DNA of 13,069 bases from NCBI GenBank assembly GCA_052390515.1, contig JBQTGV010000025.1:1-13069 (forward strand), read 5' to 3'. Source of the DNA: Candidatus Eiseniibacteriota bacterium (lineage in GTDB: Bacteria; ARS69). The position numbers and the translations under genes are program-made. The notes under the pieces are model-generated. The model searched no databases. It saw only the letters and a list, made by a program, of their open reading frames with translations, and was not told where the DNA came from. Positions 1 to 6,885 of this stretch are shown here, in pieces; the first letter of the stretch is position 1, and every line of letters starts with the position of its first letter.

Positions 1-15
1 GCCGCCGTGTCCGGA

Positions 16-85
16 GCCACGGACGGCGGAGGCCGGCGGCCACGAAGCGAGCGAGGCACGGATGCCGAGCGAGCGTAAGCGAGGC
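16..85. repeat. Small palindromic/direct-repeat cluster (REP-like miniature element candidate), possibly continuing left of the window
   Basis: Two related mini-palindromes, GCCACGGACGGC (16-27) and GGCACGGATGCC (55-66). The second is flanked by AGCGAGCG direct repeats (46-53, 68-75), with a further AAGCGAGGC at 77-85. The cluster lies downstream of the MATE stop. Confidence 0.4.
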
Positions 86-148
86 CATCTGATCATTTCT
101 TTCGAGACGGAACATTGGCCTCCGAGCTCGGGAAGATGGTCGCCAGAG

Positions 149-1537
149 CTACGCCACCTCCGTCTCCGGCGCCGGCCGCGGCTCCAGGTTGAGGCGCGCC
201 TCCTTCCAGCGGTCGCCACGGAAGCGCGCGATGAGCAGCACCGATAGCGCGACGACCCAGGCGTTGATGGCGATCCAGCCGGCCTCGACGCCGAGGCCGA
301 GCCCGGCCATCAGCCCGAAGGCCAGCGGAGCGAAAACGAACCAAGCACCCGCGAGGCTCGTCAGCATCACGTACTTCGTGTCGCCGGCGCCGCGTAGCGC
401 GCCGGCCAGCACGACCTGCACGCCGTCGCCGAGCTGGAAGAGCGCCGCCCACAGCATCAGCCGCGCGGCGAGCTCCACGACCGCCGGGTCGTCGGTGAAC
501 GCGGCGACGAGCGGCCTCCCGAAGAACGCGAAGACGAGCCCCATCGCGGCCATGTACACGGATGTCACGCGGATGCTGGTCCACCCGGCGCGCGTCGCCG
601 ACACGCGATCGCGCGCGCCCAGGTACTGCCCCACCAGCGTCTGCGCCGCCGTGGAGATGCCGTACGCGGGCATGAACGCGGCGCGGATGATGGTGATGCC
701 GATGAGGTTCGCCGCCGACTGGATCGCGTCGAGCCTCGCCACGGCGATGGTGAAGAGCGTCCACGCGCCGAGATCGAGCAGCCAGTGGAAACCCGACGGT
801 GCGCCCACCCGCAGGAGCTCACGGACGTCGGCCCACGTCGTGCGGTTCCGGTAGCGGGGCGCCTCGAGCTTCGCCCTGCGCCGCCTCCACCACAGCACCT
901 CGTAGACGGCGACTTGCAAGAGCGTCGCCGCGACCGTCGCCCAGGCCACCCCCGCGACTCCGAACGCCGGAATGCCGAGCGGTGCCCACCCCAGCACGAG
1001 GATCGCGTCGAGCACGCAGTTCACCAGGTTGACGACGACGGCCACCACCATGGGCGTGATCGTGTCGCCGACGCCGCGGAAGTAGGCGTCGCCGACGCGC
1101 GTGGGCAGGTAGATCAGCGTGCCGATCATGCGGATGCGGAAGTACGTCTCCGCGGCCGGCACCATGTCGGGGGAGATGCCCGCGGCACGGAACATCGGAC
1201 CGCCGGCGAACGCCAGGGGCAGGATCGCCAGCGCGAACGCGAACGCGAGATGCAGCCCGACGGACCCCCAGCGGGCCGCACCGCGCTGGTCGCCCGCACC
1301 CACGCACTGCGCCACGAAGGTCTGCACCAGCTCCAGCGTGCCGACGAAGAAGCACAGCAGCGCCCAGATGATCGTGCCGCAGAACCCCACCGCGGCCTGC
1401 TCGGCGGTGCCCACCCTGCCGGCGAAGAACGTGTCCGCTCCCGACATGACGGTGAACGAGAGCATGTTGACGACGGCGGGCCAAGCCAGCCGGATGAGCT
1501 CGCCCGCGCTGCCGGCGCGGGTGTTCGCCTCAGCCAC
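149..1537 (-). CDS. MATE family efflux transporter (462 aa)
   Basis: About 12 hydrophobic segments in two homologous halves. Typical MATE motifs: 'ELIRLAWP', 'DTFFAGRVG', 'YFRGVGDTITPM', 'GVAGVAWAT', 'TLVGQYLGA', 'GALRGAGDTK'. GTG start overlaps the upstream stop by 8 nt (GTGGCTGA). Confidence 0.95.
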   Translation of the reverse strand: MAEANTRAGSAGELIRLAWPAVVNMLSFTVMSGADTFFAGRVGTAEQAAVGFCGTIIWALLCFFVGTLELVQTFVAQCVGAGDQRGAARWGSVGLHLAFAFALAILPLAFAGGPMFRAAGISPDMVPAAETYFRIRMIGTLIYLPTRVGDAYFRGVGDTITPMVVAVVVNLVNCVLDAILVLGWAPLGIPAFGVAGVAWATVAATLLQVAVYEVLWWRRRRAKLEAPRYRNRTTWADVRELLRVGAPSGFHWLLDLGAWTLFTIAVARLDAIQSAANLIGITIIRAAFMPAYGISTAAQTLVGQYLGARDRVSATRAGWTSIRVTSVYMAAMGLVFAFFGRPLVAAFTDDPAVVELAARLMLWAALFQLGDGVQVVLAGALRGAGDTKYVMLTSLAGAWFVFAPLAFGLMAGLGLGVEAGWIAINAWVVALSVLLIARFRGDRWKEARLNLEPRPAPETEVA

Positions 1538-2189
1538 GGCCGCGCCGGTACGATCTCACGGAGGGGGGAGGTTCGAGGCCGGGCGCCAGGCGAGGATCGG
1601 GGACGGGCTCGCCGGCAACCGGGGCGAACGGCACGACTCCGGCCCAGACCGGAAGCGCGTAGTCCTCCTCCTCGTCCTTCGGCGGCCCGGAGCGGATCTT
1701 CGCCGAGGCCTCGGCGAGCGACAGCCGCAGTACGAGAGTCTTCGCCAGCTCACGATCGTTCGGGGTTCGCGCGACGGACCACTGCCCCGGCGCCAGATGC
1801 TCGGTGAGCTTCTCGAGCGCGTGCAGCTTCGCCTCCCGCTGCGTGACGACCTCCGGCCGTCCGAGGACGACAACCGAACGGTAGTTCATCGAGTGATGGA
1901 AGACCGACCTTGCCAGGACCAGGCCGTCCACGAGCGTAACGGTCACGCAGACCGGAGATCCGGCGGAAAGCGCGCGGAGCATCCGGCTGGCGACCGATCC
2001 ATGGAGAATCAGGTCGTCGCCGTCGCGGCCGTATCCCATCGGAATGACGAACGGTTGTCCGTCCGACACGAAACCGACGTGACAGACCAGACCCTCATCG
2101 AGGATGGCTCGGATCGTCGCGGCATCGTAGTGACCGCGGTCGGGCAGGCGGCGAACAGTCGTTCGTGCTGAGGAAGACGTATTGCCCAT
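1530..2189 (-). CDS. Pyridoxamine 5'-phosphate oxidase-like (NimA-like) flavin-binding split-barrel protein (219 aa)
   Basis: Family-typical sequence: 'RGHYD...IRAILDEGLVCHVGF...PFVIPM', 'LHGSVASRML', 'DGLVLARSVFHHSMNYRSVVVLG', 'SAKIRSGPPKD', 'PVWAGVVP'. Start reassigned from 2330 to the ATG at 2189, which has AGGAG 5 nt upstream; the longer ORF would overlap a terminator and the upstream gene. Confidence 0.92.
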   Translation of the reverse strand: MGNTSSSARTTVRRLPDRGHYDAATIRAILDEGLVCHVGFVSDGQPFVIPMGYGRDGDDLILHGSVASRMLRALSAGSPVCVTVTLVDGLVLARSVFHHSMNYRSVVVLGRPEVVTQREAKLHALEKLTEHLAPGQWSVARTPNDRELAKTLVLRLSLAEASAKIRSGPPKDEEEDYALPVWAGVVPFAPVAGEPVPDPRLAPGLEPPPSVRSYRRGRG

Positions 2190-2208
2190 GTGGACTCCTG
2201 GTCGGGCG

Positions 2209-2241
2209 AAAAGGAAACGGGGAAGGCCGAAGCCTCCCCCG
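2209..2241 (-). terminator. Rho-independent terminator after the TPR-bEBP gene
   Basis: Minus strand reads CGGGGGAGGC-TTCG-GCCTTCCCCG-TTTCCTTTT: a 10-bp stem with one G-U pair, a C(UUCG)G tetraloop and an interrupted U-tract. Confidence 0.8.
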
Positions 2242-2265
2242 CGTAAGATACCGCTCCTCCGGCGA

Positions 2266-4701
2266 TCAGTCGGTGGGGACGTCCCGCCCGTTCGACGACG
2301 ACCGCTCCGTCCCGAGCCCCAGCCTCGCAATCTTCTTGCCGAGCCCCCGGTACGACACGCCGAGGATCTCCGCCGCGCGACGCCGGACGCCCCCGGCCTG
2401 CTCGAGTGCCCGCTGGATCTCCTCGCGCTCGACGTTCTCCATCCGCCCGGCGAGGCCCGACTCGGTCTCGGCCCGGTTCAGCGCGCGCAGCGTGGATCCG
2501 ACCGGCGCGCTGCCCAGGATCGTCGTCGCGTCGAGCTCGACCGCGCCGCGGTTCAGCGCGACGGCCCGGTGCAGCAGCGAGCGCAGCTCGCGGACGTTGC
2601 CCGGCCACGCGTGCCCGATGAGCAGCGCCCAGCCGTCCTCCGAGATCTCCGGAAGGGCGGCGCCCTCCAGCGCGCAGATCTCGGTCAGCAGCGCGCGGGC
2701 GAGCGTGCGAAGATCCTCGACCCGGTTGCGCAGCGCGGGCACCTCGATGATCCCGCACATCAGGCGGTGGTGCAGGTCGGGCAGGAACTTGCCCTCCTCC
2801 ACGCGATGGAACAGGTCGCGGTTCGTCGCGCAGATGATGCGCGCGTCCACCGCGATCGGCCGCGTCGATCCGACCGGACGGATCTCGCGCGCGTCGAGCA
2901 CGTGCAGCAGCTTCGCCTGGAACTCGAGCGACGTCTTGTCGATCTCGTCCAGGAACACCGTGCCGCGCCCGGCCTCACGGAAGATCCCGGCGTGCTCGCG
3001 CTCCGCTCCCGTGAACGCACCCTTGCGATGACCGAAGAGCTCGGACTCCTGCAGGTGCTCGGGGAGCGCCGCGCAGTTGACGGGGTAGAACTCGCCCTGG
3101 TCCCCGCGGCCCAGCTCGTGGATGGCCTCCGCGAGGATCGTCTTGCCGGTGCCGGTCTGGCCGACGAGCAGCAGAGGCAGGCTCGTGGGGCCGAGCTTGC
3201 GGCACTCCTCGAGCGTCGCGCGGAAGGCGGGCGAAGGCCAGTCGGTGGTGAGCACGCGGACTGCTCGCCGGCCGCCGGAATCGGCGCGCCCCGAAGGTCC
3301 GCGGCGATCCGCGTCGAGCCGCGCTTCCGCGGCGCGCACCGCGCCGAGCCCGCCGAGCGCTCCCATCCGGTCGAAGATCCGCCGCGCGGCGGCCAGGTGC
3401 TGGCGGCGCTCGCTGCGGATGGAGTCCGAGTCCGACCCGCACTCCGCGAGCGCGCGGTCCACGGCCAGACAAGTCCAGCCCTGCTCGTACGGAACGGCCA
3501 GGGTCTCCAGGACGGAGAGGCTCTCCCCGAGATCACTGCGCGCTTCCGCCTCGCGCCCGCGCAGAGCGTGCAGCAGACCCCGCGCGCGCAGCGCGAGAGC
3601 GCGCTCCTTGCGCTCGCCGGCGCGCTCCGCGACCAGCACGCTGCGGTCGATCCACGACCCCGCTTCATCCAGCTTTCCGGTCTCGAGCAGCGCGAAGCCG
3701 ATTCGCCACGCCAGCTCGGCGACCAGGTCGCCCTCGGCGGCGATTCCCTCCGCGCGATGCAGCGCGGCGCGGTACTTCTCGAGCGCCCCGCGGACGTTGC
3801 CCGCGGCGAATTCCAGGTCGCCCACGTCCTCCAGCACCAGCACGCGGTCACGCTCCCGCTCGCCGCTCTCGGCGGCCGCCCACGCCCCCACCGCGAGCTC
3901 CCGCGCCGCGTCGAGGCGGCCGGCTTCGCGCAGCGCCCGGCTGGCCGCCAGACGCGCGCTCACCGCGAGGTTCGTGGCACCGGATTCCTCGGCGCTGGCC
4001 AGCGCCCGCATCGCGTGGTTCGCGGCCAGGTCGAGCTGGCCCGACAGCCGCGCCGCGATGGAGAGGTGCAGGTTGTGGCGCGTGATACCGGACTGGTGTC
4101 CGAGAAGCGTCGCGATGTCCAGCGCTTGCTTCCCGTGCGCCATCGCCGCCTCGTACTGCCCCCGCTGGATGCACGCGACGGAAAGGACGCCGTGCGCGTG
4201 ACCCACTTCGCTCTGCAGGCCGGCGTGCCGCGCCTCGGCGAGCGCGCAGTACGCGTTCTCGAACGCTTCCTCGAGCCGGCCGAGCCGCAGCTGGATCATG
4301 GCGAGCCAGCGCAGCGCGGACGTCAGTCCCTCCGGATCCCCGAGACCGCGGAGCGACTCCGCAGCCGTCCGGCAGACCTCTTCGCCGCGGACATAATCCC
4401 CGCGGGAATAAGCGCTGTACCCGCGGACCGATTCGAGCCGGCTGACCATCCGGGGCGAAAGGTTCGGCCGCTCGGAGATCTCGTCGACGATCCGGTCCGC
4501 CTCGTCCGTGAACCCGAGGGCAGCACAGCAGCTCGCCAGACGCCAGCGGACCTCCGCTTCCTCGTCGGGTTCCTGCAGCGCGCCGGTGGCCAGAAGCCCT
4601 TCGAGCTCCTGCCGCGCGAGCGCGTACATGCCGCGCCGGAAGTGCATGGAGGCACGCCGGTATCGGTCGCCCAGGGAAGGGCTCTGCAACCGATACGTCA
4701 T
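2266..4701 (-). CDS. Sigma54-dependent transcriptional activator (bEBP) with N-terminal TPR-like helical repeats, AAA+ domain and Fis-type HTH (811 aa)
   Basis: Walker A GQTGTGKT, 'VNCAAL', 'ESELFGH', intact GAFTGA (3004-3021), Walker B FLDEID and sensor II WPGNVREL. C-terminal HTH 'ALEQAGGVRRRAAEILGVS'. The N-terminal ~460 aa are Ala/Leu-rich helical repeats ('LGRLEEA', 'RGQYEAA', 'SGQLDLA', 'AGRLDAA', 'AGNVRGA', 'TGKLDEA'). No REC, GAF or PAS domain was recognised. Confidence 0.93.
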   Translation of the reverse strand: MTYRLQSPSLGDRYRRASMHFRRGMYALARQELEGLLATGALQEPDEEAEVRWRLASCCAALGFTDEADRIVDEISERPNLSPRMVSRLESVRGYSAYSRGDYVRGEEVCRTAAESLRGLGDPEGLTSALRWLAMIQLRLGRLEEAFENAYCALAEARHAGLQSEVGHAHGVLSVACIQRGQYEAAMAHGKQALDIATLLGHQSGITRHNLHLSIAARLSGQLDLAANHAMRALASAEESGATNLAVSARLAASRALREAGRLDAARELAVGAWAAAESGERERDRVLVLEDVGDLEFAAGNVRGALEKYRAALHRAEGIAAEGDLVAELAWRIGFALLETGKLDEAGSWIDRSVLVAERAGERKERALALRARGLLHALRGREAEARSDLGESLSVLETLAVPYEQGWTCLAVDRALAECGSDSDSIRSERRQHLAAARRIFDRMGALGGLGAVRAAEARLDADRRGPSGRADSGGRRAVRVLTTDWPSPAFRATLEECRKLGPTSLPLLLVGQTGTGKTILAEAIHELGRGDQGEFYPVNCAALPEHLQESELFGHRKGAFTGAEREHAGIFREAGRGTVFLDEIDKTSLEFQAKLLHVLDAREIRPVGSTRPIAVDARIICATNRDLFHRVEEGKFLPDLHHRLMCGIIEVPALRNRVEDLRTLARALLTEICALEGAALPEISEDGWALLIGHAWPGNVRELRSLLHRAVALNRGAVELDATTILGSAPVGSTLRALNRAETESGLAGRMENVEREEIQRALEQAGGVRRRAAEILGVSYRGLGKKIARLGLGTERSSSNGRDVPTD

Positions 4702-4985
4702 GGAGCGGAATCCTCCGCGGGAAGCAGGCCGAGTGCGCGCAGCAGCTCCAGGAGCGCGCGGTACCAGGAGTCGTGGTCCGCCTCGTTCACCGGTGGGGTC
4801 AGGGAGATCCCGTGTCCGGCGAGATCATCCGACCGGACCTCGAGAACCAGGATCTTCTCCGGGTCCGTCGGTTCGCCTTCGTAGTGCTGGATCTCCTCGG
4901 CGGCCGCTGGCCAGACCGTCAGCGCGCCCACGGCGAGCGCGAGGAGGAGAACGGACACGGAGCGTCCGCGTTCGATCCGGAACAT
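4698..4985 (-). CDS. Small hypothetical secreted protein (95 aa) with Sec-type signal peptide
   Basis: From the ATG at 4985: basic n-region MFRIERGR, hydrophobic h-region SVSVLLLALAVGALTVW, and a PAAA|EE cleavage site. AGAAAGG lies ~11 nt upstream. The stop overlaps the bEBP start (ATGA, 4698-4701). The start choice is inferred; the ORF track extends it to 5234. Confidence 0.7.
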   Translation of the reverse strand: MFRIERGRSVSVLLLALAVGALTVWPAAAEEIQHYEGEPTDPEKILVLEVRSDDLAGHGISLTPPVNEADHDSWYRALLELLRALGLLPAEDSAP

Positions 4986-5232
4986 CCGATCAAGCCGCCT
5001 TTCTGGGTGGGGGAACATCCTGCTGCGAGAGCAAGTCGTGGGTCCATTGGATGTCGGCATGAGCGAGCTCTGCTCTGACCGAAGAGATGCGAGCGCCAGT
5101 GCAGGATCGAGCGGTCGGAGAGGAGGCGAGCGCCATGAACTCATCCCATGAGCGAAGGGCCCTCCCGCCTCGGGGGTTGCGGAAGGGGGCCCCCGGTCGG
5201 GGGAACGCGAGAGACTCCGGGAACGTGTGCCC

Positions 5233-5262
5233 ACCGTAGCAACGTGGACCTTTCGGTGTCAA
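5233..5262 (-). promoter_or_regulatory. Sigma70-type promoter candidate for the small-protein/bEBP cassette
   Basis: Perfect TTGACA (5262-5257), an 18-nt spacer, then TG-C-TACGGT (extended -10; hexamer 5238-5233), located in intergenic DNA. Confidence 0.65.
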
Positions 5263-5342
5263 CGGGCGGGCGGAAACGTGCCGCAGCGCCGCAGTCGGGC
5301 CTTCCTCGGGGGGCAGAACTGCGGCAAGCCGAGGCGATTGCC

Positions 5343-5729
5343 TCAGCCGACCGCCAGGACCTCGAGGTCCACGATCAGGGTGGCGTAGGGGGGGATCCGC
5401 GGCGCCAGCCCACGCGGCCCGTATGCCAGGTCGGAGGGGACGATGAGCCGGCGCTTTCCGCCGGCGGAGAGTCCCAGCACCCCCTCCTCGAGCGCCGGAA
5501 TCACGGTCCCCGCGCCAGGGACGAAGTCGCGGGGGGCGCCGCGCTGGCCGGTCGAGTCCACCAGGGACCCCTCCGCCAGCCAGACCGTGTAATGCACGCG
5601 CACCTTCGCGCCGGAGCACGCGACGGCACCCGCGCCGGCGGCGATCTCGACGTACTCCAGTCCGGAGGGAAGCCGTACCGGCTCGAGCCCGGGTGGCAGG
5701 GTCGGCGGCTCTTCCGAGGAGGGGCTCAT
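5343..5729 (-). CDS. FKBP-type peptidyl-prolyl cis-trans isomerase, single domain, no signal peptide (128 aa)
   Basis: Motifs 'LPSGLEY', 'VRVHYT', 'DST', 'GTVIPALEEGV', 'GGKRRLIVPSDLAYG', 'IPPYATL'. ATGA overlap with the GT4 stop (5726-5729). Confidence 0.92.
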   Translation of the reverse strand: MSPSSEEPPTLPPGLEPVRLPSGLEYVEIAAGAGAVACSGAKVRVHYTVWLAEGSLVDSTGQRGAPRDFVPGAGTVIPALEEGVLGLSAGGKRRLIVPSDLAYGPRGLAPRIPPYATLIVDLEVLAVG

Positions 5730-6877
5730 CCCGTCGTCTCCCGGCTGGCGAGAACCTCACGATACACGTCGAGCGTGCGCCGGCATACGTCGTCGAGGCG
5801 AAATCGCTCCTCGGCGAGGGTCCGACCCGCGGCGGAAAGGCGCTCTTGAAGGGGCCGGTCCCGCAGGAGCCGGACCATCCGCTCGGCGAGAGCCGCGGGG
5901 TCGCCGTGCGGCACGAGGAAACCGTTCTCTCCGTCGCGGACGAGATGCGGGACACCCCCGACCGGCGACGCGATCACCGGCAGCCCCACGGCCATCGCCT
6001 CCTGCACCGCCACCGGCAGCGTCTCCTGCCGGGAGACGAGCACCAGGCACGTGGCCCGCGCGTACTCCCTCGCCAGCTCCTCCGGCGGAACCGACCCGAG
6101 GAAGCGTACCGCGTCGCCGAGGTCGAGGCGTGCCAGCTCCTCCCGCACGCTCGCCTCGTAGTCGGGGCGCGGAAAGCCGCCGGCGATCCGGAGCTTCGCT
6201 TCGGGGGCTTCCCGGCGAGCGAGCGCCAGCGCCTGCAGCAGGTTTCGGACCCCCTTGCGCGGGATCACCAGACCCGAGAACAGCAGCACTCCGGGCTCTG
6301 GCTCCCTGCGCTGGTCGAAGAAGAGGTCGTCGACCGGATTCTCGATGGTCCAGGTCCGGGCCCGCCCCAGGCGGCTGCGGTAGTGCTCCTCCACCGCCGG
6401 GCTCAACACGATGACGTTGCGCATCCGGGCGAAGACGCGCGAGACGAGCCGGCGACGCGCCCAGCCCCGGACGCGCCGGCCCAGCCGCGTCTCCAGCGCG
6501 ATCTCCTGCTCGATGAGGCCGTGGATCGTCACCACCGCGGGGATCCCGCTCTCGATCGCCGCCAGCGCCTCGCGGTGCGTGCTGTGCGCGTGCACGATGT
6601 CGGGGCGAAGCTCGCGGAGCGCCCGGGCGATGCGAAGGCGGTCGGGCAGCTGGAAGAGCAGATTGCCCAGGTGGCGGGCACCTCCGATGGAGTGCACGGC
6701 CACACCGTTCCCGTTCCGGGTCGTGCCCAGCGGGCGGTCGGGCTCGGATACGACCACGTGGACCTCCACCCCCGGCAGCCGCGCGAGCCCCTCGGAGAGG
6801 CGCAGCGTCACGGCCTCGACGCCCCCCCGGAGCACCGAGGGATCCCGCGGGTAGATTCCGACGATGGCGACTTTCAT
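5726..6877 (-). CDS. Glycosyltransferase family 4 (GT-B fold) protein (383 aa)
   Basis: N-terminal 'MKVAIVG..P...GGVE', 'RPDIVHAHS', 'VVTIHG', 'IENPVD' and 'RKG'. EX7E motif in 'SRQETLPVAVQEAMAVGLPVIASPVGG', followed by 'DGENGFLV'. Start set at the ATG at 6877. Confidence 0.95.
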   Translation of the reverse strand: MKVAIVGIYPRDPSVLRGGVEAVTLRLSEGLARLPGVEVHVVVSEPDRPLGTTRNGNGVAVHSIGGARHLGNLLFQLPDRLRIARALRELRPDIVHAHSTHREALAAIESGIPAVVTIHGLIEQEIALETRLGRRVRGWARRRLVSRVFARMRNVIVLSPAVEEHYRSRLGRARTWTIENPVDDLFFDQRREPEPGVLLFSGLVIPRKGVRNLLQALALARREAPEAKLRIAGGFPRPDYEASVREELARLDLGDAVRFLGSVPPEELAREYARATCLVLVSRQETLPVAVQEAMAVGLPVIASPVGGVPHLVRDGENGFLVPHGDPAALAERMVRLLRDRPLQERLSAAGRTLAEERFRLDDVCRRTLDVYREVLASRETTG

Positions 6878-6885
6878 GGCGCGGG

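Noticed and set aside
1-19. tRNA-like 3' end (...CCGGAGCCA)
   Set aside because: The bases at the expected T-loop position do not fit, and there is no other supporting structure in the window.
2190-2330. N-terminal extension of the PNPOx-like ORF given in the track
   Set aside because: It overlaps the bEBP 3' end and the terminator; the RBS and family similarity support the ATG at 2189.
2182-4884. 900-aa plus-strand ORF, and similar long ORFs such as 8255-10231(-), 11800-12996(-), 5693-6892(+) and 785-1807(+)
   Set aside because: These are antisense or out-of-frame shadows of well-supported genes with no domain motifs, as expected from high GC3 codon bias.
5030-5046. Sigma54 -24/-12 promoter-like sequence TGGACCCACGACTTGCT on the minus strand, 45 nt upstream of the small secreted ORF
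   Set aside because: GG-to-GC spacing is 11 nt rather than the strictly required 10, and the -24 box is TGGAC rather than TGGCA. No canonical sigma54 promoter was recognised in the intergenic regions.
4986-5234. 178-aa version of the small ORF
   Set aside because: Its start lies within the predicted -10 box, the extension is low-complexity, and it would bury the signal peptide internally.
5288-5325. Inverted repeat GCCGCAGT...ACTGCGGC downstream of the FKBP stop as a terminator
   Set aside because: There is no U-tract on either strand and the interior is large and imperfect. It may be a stabilising hairpin but cannot be called.
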